DNA of 63,865 bases, the filler included, from Octopus bimaculoides (taxonomy: Eukaryota): assembly GCF_001194135.2 (NCBI RefSeq). It is 5 parts of 4 records of this genome, joined end to end, with 100 filler letters (N's around TTAATTAATTAA, not from the genome) between each part and the next. Parts side by side here need not be neighbours in the genome. Positions count along the whole stretch, not along the records: positions 12,463 to 25,660 come from NC_068981.1; positions 25,761 to 34,143 come from NC_068983.1; positions 34,244 to 62,308 come from NC_068981.1; 2 more parts are not named here. One strand, written 5' to 3'. The notes beneath the pieces were generated by a model. That model ran no database searches. It was given only the letters and a program-made list of their open reading frames with translations, and was not told the origin of the DNA. The position numbers were made by a program, and so were the translations under genes. Positions 25,630-37,660 of this stretch are shown piece after piece (the stretch's first letter is position 1; each line of letters opens with the position of its first letter).

Positions 25630-25632
<3 letters not shown>
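25420..25632. repeat. Dispersed repeat shared with 59560-59730, possibly Penelope-pLTR-like
   Basis: GGGTACA(G/T)GACGT(T/G)GCAAAA...GACAAAATGATAAAC...CCTTCATCAGC present in both places. Confidence 0.55.
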
Positions 25633-25660
<28 letters not shown>

Positions 25661-25760
25661 NNNNNNNNNNNNNNNNNNNNNNNNNNNNNNNNNNNNNNNN
25701 NNNNTTAATTAATTAANNNNNNNNNNNNNNNNNNNNNNNNNNNNNNNNNNNNNNNNNNNN
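25661..25760. other. Assembly gap with six-frame-stop linker
   Basis: 44 N + TTAATTAATTAA (25705-25716) + 44 N. Confidence 0.95.
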
Positions 25761-25950
25761 CTTAGCGGTATTTTGTCTGCCGCTATGTTCTGAGTTCAAA
25801 TTCCGCCGAGGTCGACTTTGCATTTCATCCTTTCAGGGTCGATTAAATAAGTACCAGTTACTCAATGGAGTCGATATAATCGACTTAATCCGTTTGTCTG
25901 TCCTTGTTTGTCCCCTCTGTGTGTAGCCCCTTGTGGGCAGTAAAGAAATA
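25761..25950 (+). mobile_element. SINE family E variant, head lost at gap
   Basis: TTCTGAGTTCAAATTCCGCCGAGGTCGACTTTG...AGCCCCTTGTGGGCAGTAAAGAAATA. Confidence 0.85.
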
Positions 25951-28369
25951 ACACACACATGCGCGCACGCACATGCACGCAAGTGCGCCCATGTACTTTT
26001 ACTGTTGTTGTCGATGTTCATGTTTTGTTGTTCTGTTAATTGGGTAGATAACAAAGCATAAGTGGTTTTCGATTTTATTGCCATCTGTGTAGTTTTTTTC
26101 AGTAGTCAATTACCATCTTTCTGTGCATGTGTGAGTGCTTGTGCATTACTTGGTCTATGCATCTGTAAACTTACCCATACATACAAGTAAATAGAGGTAC
26201 TAATGCACACATACACACACACACACACATACATATATGTGTGACAATAATACATAGAACATCTTTGTGTGTGTGTGTGGTCCCCAAGCATAGTAATATT
26301 GTTGCACAAAGTTTCACCAAATGGTTACATAATATGTCTGTGTGATATTCTGAGTATATAATAAACTATATGAATAAACTATATGAGTATCAAGATTGAC
26401 CTGGGTATAAACAATGACAACAACAAAATTCCAGATGATGTAAGGAAAATCCCTGCTCTTGTGATTTTCTTTTGGATGCTCTTCTCGTATTAAAATGAAT
26501 TTTGTTTGTCTATTTTCCATGAAATGTTCTATTCTCAGTTGATCCTTTTTGCTAATTCATATTTTCTGTATTTTTGTTTTTCCTTCTTAGCTATAAATTC
26601 AAGTTCCTTAAAATAGGGTTGTGAACTCCCTCCTATTGTACAGAGATGTTGTAAGGACAGAGACTAAGCAGGTTGTCATCCTTTTGCTCAAGTGTGAAGG
26701 GGTGCAAAATTTGCTATTACTTGTCGTATCTGTAAATTACAACGGGCTGCCAAAATTATATCAGCCTCCCCACCATCTCCAAGAGCCATAGCTATGACAC
26801 TGGACCTATAAGCATCTATAACAAGATTGTATATCATAAATGAATGATTTACTTTGATTCATCTATGGCCCAACATATACTGATTTTATATTCAAACTAT
26901 TGTTAATCTCTCATTTATTTTTCCTATTCTTTCTACTGTGGGCACCAGGCAATCAAGCTCACCTTCTTCTTGGTGCTGTGGTCACTAAATAATTTTTTTA
27001 GTGGCCAATGTTACCACCAAGAACTAACCTATATCAATAATCTTTTTATCTACTGAGAAACTACTACTCAATCTATTCCTTTGTTAGGATTTTCTCCCAT
27101 TTTTCTTTTATCCAATATTCTTCAACAATCCAATTTCTGACCAAGGATGAGCTTTGTCTTCTTAAAACTCAGAAAAGGCAGTCTGTCTAGAACAGTTTTC
27201 ATCATTACACACAGGAAAAACACAGCTCTGTAGGATAGAAAAGGTCATTAATCCTGTCTTACCAGACTAGATCCATTTCACCCTGTTAATGGTTATTGAT
27301 GATGAGCATCCAATCGTAAAATTCTTGTTAATTAATCATAAAGCACTGTACATCCATTTGTAAGATCTACTTCATTAACAGTACTGACACCTTTCATGTC
27401 AATATTGTGCAAAAGTAGCAATGCTCTCAGATGTGAGCACTTTTGTAATTGTCATCAAGCAATCCCTTGACAAACTGCAACAAGTTGCCTGTTTTTCAAC
27501 TCATCCACATAATAAAAGATAGGCATGATGAAATTGTAGGACTCTGGAGGTGTTAGATTAGAGAGAAATTAGAGTATGTTGTGTATAAGAAGTAGGATGG
27601 AAATGTACTTCAGCCAGACTCCTTGTAAGTCACTAACGCAGATATACATTCTTTTGTATGAGTAATAACTTTGATATGAGTGGTGTTTGTGTACTCTTAG
27701 CAGAGAAGTGGGTTGATGTAATAATTGAGGTGCCAGAATAATTGTTATAATAATTAAATTCAGACTAGCAACAAGCAATGTAATAGCAACCATGGTTTCT
27801 CCTAATATAACTCAGAATTAACAATTAAACAACGTGCAAAATGACCCGTTCAATGAGTTCTTTGTACAAACCACTTTAAAATAATGTCTACATGAACAGT
27901 ACATGTAGCACAACCATATCCACTACTCCACTAAGTATATATATTTGTGTGTGTTTGTGTATTTCTAATATTCTGATCAAAGAAAATAATCATATTTGCA
28001 GAGTGTAGTTTCTTATTTATGTGTCTCCTCTTGAGGATTAGAAATTCTCACACACTTTTTACCTTGCTATTTTAATGGTATAGTAATGATCATTCAACAC
28101 ATAATGTGAACAACTATCAATCCATTTTCACTAATGTTATTGTCTCTTCAACAGTACTTGAAAACATAGGGCAAACTGCAACCAAAAGTGGGACAAAAAG
28201 AAAAAGGAAGAAAATGAACAAAGAAAATGTTATATGCTGTAAACAAAGAGAGAGATATCGATGTTTTGGGCAGTTGTCTTTTGTCAAGAAAATGAGAGGA
28301 AAAAAACATCTTGGGAGGAAAAAGAAATGCAGAATTTTCAAACATAAAATATGCTGAGTAGTCTCAAAC

Positions 28370-29230
28370 AAGACCAGTCAACCTCCAAAGGGTTTCTTCT
28401 ACATATAATGTCCCAGAGCTGTCATTTGATGCAATAGATAACAATTTTAGCAGTGCAGGGAAGTGGTTCATGACATGGAAAGCTGATGTGGAAGTGTGTA
28501 AGTATGGTGATGATGAATGGAAGGACAGGTGCAGTGATATTGGGTGAGGCAAAGGCTGAAGGAACTGTGGATCAAGAAGGTTACTCAGGTTATTGTTGTA
28601 ATCCTTAATGTCAGATTGTTATAATGCTCACTCTGGTATAGCAGTATATTTAGTAAGACAAGACCATGGCTATCTATGACCGTCTACTTTATACTGACCG
28701 ACATCACCTTATTTATAGCAACTAGCACATACCACTTGTCATGTGGGAGGGGTGTACCATTATTACTATTAGCTCCACAATAGTTATCATAGACACTGAA
28801 GGAAGAGAGATGGTGTTTAGAAAAGACATTAATTGCAGCAGGGTCAGATTGATAGCTTCATAGGATGATGTGCTGGACAGTTCAATAGAACATGAAGTGA
28901 AGAAGAAGGGAAAGTAGTGATGGTGCAGGTACAAGGCAGGAGATCAAAGGTCTGATCAATAGCAAGGGTGCAGTAACATATTGGTAGAACACCCTGCTGA
29001 GAATGAGGACATGTTTGGTGAGGCAGAGGAGAGTAGGGGGATACTGGAGGTGAGCAAGATAGAATGGTTCAGGGAGAATTTGAGAGCTAGGGATCTATCA
29101 CTGTAGTAGAAGGCATCTGAAGGGGATTCTAGCATCCATAGTGAAGACACCAGGGAAGAAGAGGAAATCAAAGTTGCAAAGGGTGAGGCTAATGTCATAG
29201 ATTTTGTAATGTAGCTTCTACTATGGGTGT
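28370..29230 (-). mobile_element. Very decayed LINE-like (CR1/L2 group?) relic
   Basis: CT-rich sense-strand composition and weak endonuclease-like peptides; no clean motif. Confidence 0.25.
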
Positions 29231-29405
29231 GAAGATTTGGTCAAGAAATTTACTAATGGCCATTTGCTAGAATCTGTGAGTAAATTGGTTTACATGATTT
29301 TAATTAAATACCTTGGATTTATCTCCCTTATTCACTCATTAAACCATTTGATGCTAATCCACCCAATCCCACTCCTAGTTCTATGATACAAACTGCCTAT
29401 TTTAA

Positions 29406-29854
29406 CCCATTAATATTTGAACCGGCCATATCCAGCCAAAATATTCCACCTGTTTTATCTTCAAACTGGCCAAATCCAGCCTCTCACACTTATCCTACAA
29501 TATTCTTAAAAAAACCCCCAAAAAACTAGCACTCCATTGGTTATGATGACGAAGATTCCAGTTGATCTGATCAATAGAGCAACCTGCTTGTGAAATTAAC
29601 ATGCAAGTGACTGAGTACTCCACAGACATGTGTACCCATAATGTAGCTCTCAGGGAGATTCAGTGATACAGAATGTGACAAGACTGGTTCTTTGAATTAC
29701 AAGTACAACTTATTTTTGCCAGCTGACTGGACTCTATTCTAAAAATAAGCAATCACATCATTGAAATCTCAAAACTACAAAGAAATGCATGACTAATTCA
29801 AATCAGTGTGAATAAATACACATTACACATGACAGTAATCTGAGTGCTAAAGGG
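29406..29854. mobile_element. TTAA-flanked MITE (inner), piggyBac-like termini
   Basis: TTAA (29402-29405) CCCATTAAT...TGCTAAAGGG TTAA (29855-29858). Confidence 0.7.
29512..29734 (-). mobile_element. 5'-truncated SINE family B, CpG-eroded
   Basis: Aligns with 4048-4260; approximate TSD TATTCT(T/A)AAAA. Confidence 0.8.
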
Positions 29855-30879
29855 TTAAAGTGATTTTAGTTAAAAACCTTCCATTAAAATTTCCTGTTAA
29901 GTTCCAAACACCAGATTAATACTGACAAAGTTATTTTTATTAAACTCTCCATTATTTTCAAAAATAATTGAAACAAAGGTTGAGTATTTCAACAGAAATA
30001 TAGTAACAAAAGAGTTTAGAGAGTCGTCTATCTTAATTATTTGAAAACTAAACAAATTGAGATAAATATAGACAATGAATACAACAACAAATTTTAAAGG
30101 TCAAAATGAATAACTAAAACTTTAATTTTTAAAGAATAGTAAGTGTATAGGATCACATAAAACTTACATAATTGTAAAATAATATAACTACAAAGTATAT
30201 ATATTTATAGCAAACAGTAGTTGAGATTAAAAGGAAAACATACAGACGTAATCAGGTGCAAGTTACACAAAAGATTACATACAGTGGATCCATGCTGGCA
30301 TAGAAAATCAGAATCAATAAATGTTGATAATTACTAACACGCTCACACATATATATACATTAATACACATGTGTGTATTTATGTAGTCATGCATAAGTTC
30401 ATATATATATCCATTTGTATGCACAAAGCTATGCACAAAGCTGATGAGTCACTCTGTTACAATTATGAGTTTCCCGCGTCAACATATTCACACAGGTGCA
30501 TATTGCATGTGTATGTGTGCGTATATATATAAATCTATATATATATATATATATATAAATAGAGAGAGAGAGATAAATAGATAGACAGACATACATACAG
30601 ACATACATACATATATTGGTAGACAGACAGACAGACAGACAGGCATAGACAGACAAAGGGACAATCAGTTTTGTTCACTTTCCACACTGATATGGATTAG
30701 ACATTTTGACAAGTATCTAACAAATTAAAAGATCATATCATGCTCCACTCTGTCAGTTTTAACATTTCTTCTTATAGCTGGGTGCCCTTCTTAATGCCAA
30801 CCACTTTACAGAGTGTATAGGATGCTTTTTACATGCACCAACTCTGGTGAGGTTGCATGTAACTCATGAAACCAAAGAG

Positions 30880-31770
30880 TCTAAAGAGACCCATTAACTG
30901 AAAGCAGAATAAGTAATGTGTATGAGTGGATCAAGAAATTTAATTAAAAATGACCCAAAATGCATGAAGCACAAAGTGGAAGTAGGACACCCATCAAACT
31001 CCACCGCTGATGTGAAGATTAGAAAAACTCAAGAGATGGTTCTGGTGAACCAAGTGATTATTGATGGGATGGTACTTCTCTGCAAATTAGTCATGGCTCT
31101 GTGTGCAAAATCATCTGCAACAAACTTTGCTTCTGTAAAGTGCGTGCAAGATGGGTGCCAAGGGAGGTTCCCAAAGTGCATAAGTGCAATCATGTGGAAA
31201 TCTGTCATTGCTCACTCAACCGCTGCAACAATGAAAGCAAAGCTTTTTTAGAGAGAATGGTCACAGAAGATGAGACCTGTGTCCATCACTTTGAGCCAGT
31301 ATCCATACAACAGAGTATGGAGTGGGAAAACCCAGAATCACCAGTGAAAAAAATTCAAGACTCATCCTTCCACAGAAAAAGTAAAGCTGACCGTTTTGGG
31401 GGATGCAAGAGTGCTTATTCTGGAACATTACCTAGAAAAGGAGTCTACAGTCACCAATGTAGGCTACAGAGAAATGCTGGCCTACAAACTGAAACCAGGG
31501 ATCATACCAAATACTGATGTCTGTTATCAAATCAAGTGTTATTGTTGCACAACAATGCATGCCAACATAAGGCTGCCCACACCATTTAAACCATTGAGAA
31601 ATTGAGTTTTGATTTGCTGGAACACCCTGAATACAGCCCAGATCTTACCCATTCCAACTATCACCTCTTTGGATCACTCAAACATCCTTTATACATAAAG
31701 GGCTGCACAACTACCTGAAAACCTTCTTCTTGCTTGAAAAGGTATCCAGCTCTAGAAAATCTGCCTCAAC
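30880..31770 (+). mobile_element. Mariner (DD34D) transposase pseudogene
   Basis: CKVRARWVPRE, MVTEDETCVHHFEP, LLHNNACQH and EHPEYSPDLTHSNYHLF motifs; frameshifts. Confidence 0.92.
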
Positions 31771-32039
31771 AAGCTCTGGCTGATCCATGCAAGCATAGGA
31801 AAATGAACATTAAATGATGAGCGTTAGAGGTAGTGGGAGTATATCTCGCCCCACCCAAGCAATATACACAAGAGTGCATTCTGCACTGAAAGCCAATATG
31901 AGAGTTTTTCTTATGGTAACTACTGCAGTATAGTTTATTTGAACAGAACACCATGTTTAAGTGGGGATAAATATTACCTCTTGGTAATAAGAAACACAGA
32001 AAATGTTATTGGTATTTTTAAGCTTTATAATATACAAGC

Positions 32040-32475
32040 AGGGGTGGCTATGTGGTAAGTAGCTTGCTTACGAACCACATGGTTCCAGGTTCATTCCCAC
32101 TGCGTGGCATCTTGGGCAAGTGTCTTCTACTATAGCCTCGGNNNNNNNNNNCATCTTGGGCAAGTGTCTTCTACTATAGCCTCGGGCCGACCAAAGCCTT
32201 GTGAGTGGATTTGGTAGACGGAAACTGAAAGAAACCCTTTGTGTATATATATATATGTGTGTGTATATGTTTATGTGTCTGTGTTTGTCCCCCAACATCG
32301 CATGACAACTGATGGTAGTGTGTTTACATCCCCGTAACTTAGCGGTTTGGCAAAAGAGACCGATAGAATAAGTACTAGGCTTACAAAGAATAAGTCCTGG
32401 GGTCGATTTTCTCAACTAAAGGCGATGCTCCAGCATGGCCACAGTCAAATGACTGAAACAAGTAAAAGAGTAAAG
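32040..32475 (+). mobile_element. SINE family D, with artefactual duplication across a 10-N gap
   Basis: Head GGGGTGGCTATGTGGTAAG through tail GAAACAAGTAAAAGAGTAAA. Confidence 0.9.
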
Positions 32476-32816
32476 CATTTCTATAAACCAATGTATCACA
32501 TCATTGATATTTCTGCAAAAATTACAATATGGTGTTCATTGCATGCCCTTATAAAACCTAATCCTGCATATTATACAAAAGCAGGGCGGCATACAGAATA
32601 GAGCGTGACAGAAGGTAAGGCAGATTATGATTAAAAGAAGAGAGAGGAGAAAAGAGTGAAAGACATTAAGTGACATACATACATGTACACACATTTATAC
32701 ACACCTACATGTACACACACACACACACATACACATACAAAAGAAAAATATGGAGAAAGTGAGGTAGAAAAGCCTAGGGTTATAGCAGTAACCATAGTCT
32801 CTGCCATACATTAATG

Positions 32817-33200
32817 CTTGTTTGTTTTGTTGGCACTTCGTCGTTGAGGGTTCAAGTTGATCCGATCAACTAAACAGCCTGCTCGTGAAATTAACATGCA
32901 AGTGGCTGAGCACTCCACAGACACGTGTACCCTTAACATAGTTCTTGGGGATATTCAGCGTGACACAGTGTGACAAGGATCGCCCTTTGAAATACAGGTA
33001 CAACAGAAACAGGAAGAAAGAGCAAGAGAAAATTGTGGTGAAAGAGTACAGCAGGGTTCACCACCATCACCTGCCGGAGCCTCGTGGAGCTTTAGGTTTT
33101 TTTCGCTCAATAAACACTCACAACGCCTGGTCTGGGAATCGAAACCGCGATCCTATGACCACGAGTCTGCTGCCCTACGACTGGGCCATTGTGCCTCCAC
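32817..33200 (-). mobile_element. Full-length SINE family A
   Basis: 12-bp TSD CATACATTAATG at 32805-32816 and 33201-33212. Confidence 0.92.
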
Positions 33201-33869
33201 CATACATTAATGTACAAAAGTAAAATAGAAGACCTGTCTTTCTTGATGTTTTTATATTTAGGTCCAATAAGTTCTGGTTTGGCAGACATGATGCTCTCTA
33301 CCCAACTGATCTCATTGGACTTGGAAATCAAAGAAAATCCATCTGATTGCCTTCCACATGGTTTTTATCCCTTCAGTTTCATGCACACAATAAGGGATGG
33401 CCTAAAGCTATTGAAAATGGCATGGACCAAAGTAGAATACCATAAAATGCGACCAAACCCAAATTTCAGGAATGCAAAGAAAATGTCTTAACCACTCAAC
33501 CTGAAAGCACAGTGCATGTGTGTGTGTGTGTGTGTGCATGTGTGTGTGTGTGAGTGTGTGTGTATGCGTGTGTGTGTTTGTATATAGTAAAGTGAGTGCT
33601 AGCATAACTAATATAGTATGCCAAGAAATTTTAATTAATTAAAATTAATTAAATATGGAATGTAATGAAATGTGTACCCACACATGCACACATGCACTGA
33701 TACACATGTATACACATACATGCTCTTTCACACATACACATAGTCTTTTTTATTTTTTTGAAGAGGTAATTTTAAGAAAATATTTGATAAAATTCCTTTC
33801 TAATTGTGTTTCATAGCCAGACAGACAGACAGACAACCAGATAGATACATGCATACATACATACATACA

Positions 33870-34143
33870 TACATACATGGTGGTTGTCTACTCCTTAAAC
33901 AGAGTTTGACGACCTCCTGCACCTACACCTTAGCCCTTTCATGGCGTCTGATGTGGCTTTTTAAACCAGACAGTGTTTTGAAAAAACACCCACACAGATT
34001 GCACCTCTGATTTGCACTACCAATACCTGCAAGTAAGTTCTGCTCATTGTGGATCCTAACATGTCTTTTAAGACCCCCATTGGATTTGCAAACCCTCTGG
34101 CACACACCACATTCAAACGTGTGCACAGACATATAATCAGAAT
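33870..34143 (-). mobile_element. Two tandem C2H2 zinc fingers, most likely the 3' end of an RTE LINE
   Basis: CGVC-x12-HVRIH and CNLC-x12-HIRRH, non-TGEKP linker, stop, short RTE-like tail and (TATG)n; 5' side lost in gap. Confidence 0.55.
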
Positions 34144-34243
34144 NNNNNNNNNNNNNNNNNNNNNNNNNNNNNNNNNNNNNNNNNNNNTTAATTAATTAAN
34201 NNNNNNNNNNNNNNNNNNNNNNNNNNNNNNNNNNNNNNNNNNN
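34144..34243. other. Assembly gap with six-frame-stop linker
   Basis: 44 N + TTAATTAATTAA (34188-34199) + 44 N. Confidence 0.95.
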
Positions 34244-34284
<41 letters not shown>

Positions 34285-34844
34285 TATCCGACATTATAAT
34301 TATTATATGTAGAATTTATTTGCAACCATTAATGAAAGAGGAGCTATAAAACGTGCCTTGAGCCGCGTATTTATTGCATTCCCATCAAATGTTTTATCAT
34401 TCACACTCAGGATCATTTGTGATGTTCTTCTGTCAAAACATCAGCCATGTATACCTTTGCTGATATGAATTGTTGTACCTCGCCTCATATCATATGAAAA
34501 ATAGATAATTTTCTCATTACTTTCTCCGAAATGTAAATGATAGACACGAGCTGCAAAACTGCTGGAGGGCATCTTCTCTATGCAACAAGAAAAGGATAGC
34601 TGTCTTTCCAAAGATATACAGATACATACATACATATTCAGATATAGATGCAGATACAGAACAAAAAAGTGAGGAAGCGTGTGTTGAAATTACGAAATTA
34701 AGATTATTTTCTAGTTGCATTTGTTTACCATGAATTATGAATTTCATTTTCCAGCTTCTAGTTGAGATTTAATTCTTATATTCTTATATTTCATGCTCAA
34801 GTTTCAATTGTGTTTTAAAAAATATAGCAAATGTTAGAATTTCT

Positions 34845-34858
34845 ATTATTATTATTAC

Positions 34859-34935
<77 letters not shown>
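34845..34935. repeat. (TAT)n microsatellite
   Basis: Near-pure array. Confidence 0.95.
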
Positions 34936-34937
<2 letters not shown>

Positions 34938-35589
34938 ATGTTTACTATTATTATTTGTGCGATTGAATGTAAACGTGAGCCAGTGGTAAAAACAGAAAGC
35001 GCTAATTATGGAATTTTTTTGGAATGAATGCCGTTGAAATATTGAATAAGTTACATCAGATGTCTTTCTAAGTTTTCAATTGAGCTTTGCAGCAACATTT
35101 GCTGACTTCTTGAAATAAGCATTTACATATCACACCATGTATATTCCCGTGTTTTGCTTCCCTCATTATCCAGTAGTCGCTAGAGAACGAATAGAATCTC
35201 TGGTTCTTAGAATTTCTTTTGTCTTCAAATTTCTTACGTGTGTCGAGCTTTTAGTGTATCGAGTAGAATTTTGATTATAACAATTTTAAAATTTGGTAGA
35301 TCATTTGGTATGCATGATCATTCTATTTCCTAAATAATAAATAGAATTTCTACACTTATTCCTGTAGAATTAGTTTCACAAATATCTAGTTTACATATAT
35401 GTAGTTTCCAAGTTTCACAAATATCTGGGCAAAATATAATCCTGATCAAGTAGATCAGTCTCTACGTGGAAGTCAAGTAGTGGAATTGTTGAAGACAACA
35501 GTTCATCTGTAGATTCTGCTAGTGATATGGAAATAGAGGGAAATATGGCATATATGCTCCAGACGCATCTAGTTCCTCTCATTTCTTAA

Positions 35590-36290
35590 GTCAAGCAGAT
35601 TTTAAATGACTTAGTGTGGGATTTGGAATTACCAAAAGAAAAGCCAGTGTTGCTTCGTTCCAGACATCAAAAATGGAATTTTCTCCAGCCAAACACCAAA
35701 GTTTCCCATCTCCGCGCCTTTCCATATGCAGTTTTCGTCCTTTTACTTACAGGTATCCGTGACCTGGGGAAATGGATTGGCTTTCTCTATAATCCAAAAG
35801 AAAGGAGATTATTCCTTGTCTCTAGTAAAGCTAGCCTTGATGCCGTATTCCTGCACAACGGCAATGAAAAATATTCAATACATGTAGCACATGCCACTGG
35901 CCTGAATGAGACTTATGAATCAACGGAACCGTATGTAACATTTGTGGTAACCTTAAGTTATATCATTACTTCTTGGGTTACAGTTGGGCTACACAAAGCA
36001 TATGTGCTTCTTTTTCGTGTCAATAGAACAGCAGAGATGGCAAGAACCACTAAAAAAACATGATTAGCCATCTACAACTGAAGATGTTGTTGGTAAACAA
36101 AACTGTTTATAAACGTTTACGACACATATTGACCCCCAGAAATTACATCCTCCACTACTTCACACTAAACTTGGCCTTATGAAAAATTTCGTGAAGGGTA
36201 TGGATCATCATGGTAGTGGTTGCCAATATTTAAAGAATAAATTCAAAAGGATATTGAAAGATGCTAAGTAAGAAGCTGAAGGTTCCACTG
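35590..36290 (+). mobile_element. Chapaev3 (CMC) transposase relic
   Basis: NDLVWDLELPKEK..LLRSR, RLFLVSSKASLDAVFLHNGN and PLLHTKLGLMKNFVKGMD match recalled Chapaev3 motifs DLxLSK.AELLxSR, WRLFIDSSKxSLKAVLLHNGN and PLHIKLGLMKxFVKAxD. Confidence 0.8.
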
Positions 36291-36449
36291 GACTAGAGTA
36301 GTGACCATATTATTGTAGTAAACAGTAAATATGTATGGATAAAAGTATGTATGCAAGTAATTAAGTACGTACCTATGTTTGTACCAATACAGTAGTAAAC
36401 CGTGAACTTTGACTTTTACTTACTTACAAGTATACTAATTTCGTTATTA

Positions 36450-36600
36450 GCCACTAAAGACCCAACATGGAGGGCATATCTCAAAGGCCTCTCTGAAAAG
36501 ATACAATATATATGCGGCACATATGACATCAGGACAGTATTCAAGAGTAATACAACACTTCGCAGATATCTCCTTCGAGTAAAATCACCAGTAGAAGAGT
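36450..36600 (+). mobile_element. Penelope-like RT/GIY-YIG linker fragment
   Basis: AYLKGLSEKIQYICGTYDIRTVFKSNTTLRRYLLRVKSP matches the PLE motif PYxxGxSExIxRI...IxxVFK...LRxxL. Confidence 0.75.
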
Positions 36601-36639
36601 GGGTGGGCGTTGGGTAGTTATGGGGTGGGTTTCTGTGTG

Positions 36640-37660
36640 TATTGAACTCAAATTGTTTCTCTTTCTCGTTTTTCTTTTTCCTGTAGTCTCCCATTCTTCT
36701 TTTGTCTCATATTCCACCTCTACTGGTAACATTGTTTCATCCTTTCCTACTCGTTCTTCCTGGGGTCTTTCTTGGGGTTCTTCTTCCTGTAGTTGTTCAG
36801 TCTCTCTGGCCGATGAAGGGCAGATCGCTCAGCAACGAGAGATTCTTTCCTCCACCCTAATCCTCATTATTGCATTGTTCATTGGTATAGTTTCTGTAAT
36901 GTTCTCTATAGTCTCGGTCAACCCCTGAATTATCATGTTTAGGGTCTGACTCTTCCACTTTACACCTTTGGCTTTTGTGGCCTGGAGGACCGCTATCTTA
37001 TCCTCATTGCCAGATAGGACAGCTGCTGCTATCCAGGCCACATCAATTTCCGGTGGAATTCGTTCCACCCTAACACTATACGCTCTCCGTCCAAGGTTAA
37101 TGGGTAGAAGTATTGCTTCCTCGTTCTTTATTGTGGTTGCTGAATCTTTTTTTGCTGTTATTTCATCCTTGAACCGAACCTCCAGTTCTTCATACTTCGC
37201 CCCCCTGGCAAGATACACAATCTCTTGCTAGATGGACCTCAGTGTCTTCTCTATTTGTACAATAGTCTTGTTGTCTATTTTTTCCGCCGTCACCGAATGT
37301 GTTTTATACATTATTGTCCTTTCCCTTACATAACTGTTTCTTTCGTGGGGGAGGCAATTCAACGTTGAAACCCTCATGGCTTAATACATTTTTATATTTA
37401 CCGATTTCTTCAAAATCTATTCCTTCTTCTGAACCTCTTGCGACACCAGCAATATTCTTTTTCCTTATCTCCAACTGCCTATTCATCTCTTCGACTGTTC
37501 GTAGTATCTCTTCCTCCGGCGTAGACAATTCAGACCCACTTAGGTCTGAATAAAATGTACATTTACTTGCAGCCATCGCTAACTTTCCTCAGACGATGAC
37601 AGAAAGCACAACCAAATTGCTGTAAAGCAGCGCACACCGTTCAAAAAAGTGTTCAAACGA
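36640..37660 (-). mobile_element. L1/Tx1-like ORF1 remnant with 5' UTR
   Basis: ATG at 37576 (MAASKCTF...); disrupted frame IVYLARGAKYEELEVRF...LLPINLGRRAYSVRVERIPPEID...VEERISRC; homologous to 49.1-49.3 kb; no ORF2 seen. Confidence 0.55.

Larger units (their letters stand above)
29343..30014. mobile_element. TTAA-flanked MITE (outer), split by a second MITE
   Basis: TTAA-ACCATTTG... start and ...GTAACAAAAGAG-TTTA end; decayed CCCTTT/AAAGGG-type termini. Confidence 0.5.

Noticed and set aside
25586-25632. CTGATGA with upstream GAAAC on the minus strand (also 59690-59725): possible type II hammerhead
   Set aside because: Could not form stem I adjacent to the core and stem II is weak; kept only as a dispersed repeat
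26590-27800. Microsatellite-free, coding-looking stretch with Cys/His hints
   Set aside because: The frames I translated are riddled with stops and motif matches were inconsistent; no family assignable
32108-32185. Direct repeat of about 34 bp (CATCTTGGGCAAG...GCCTCGG)
   Set aside because: Copies flank a 10-N gap inside a SINE: unmerged contig overlap
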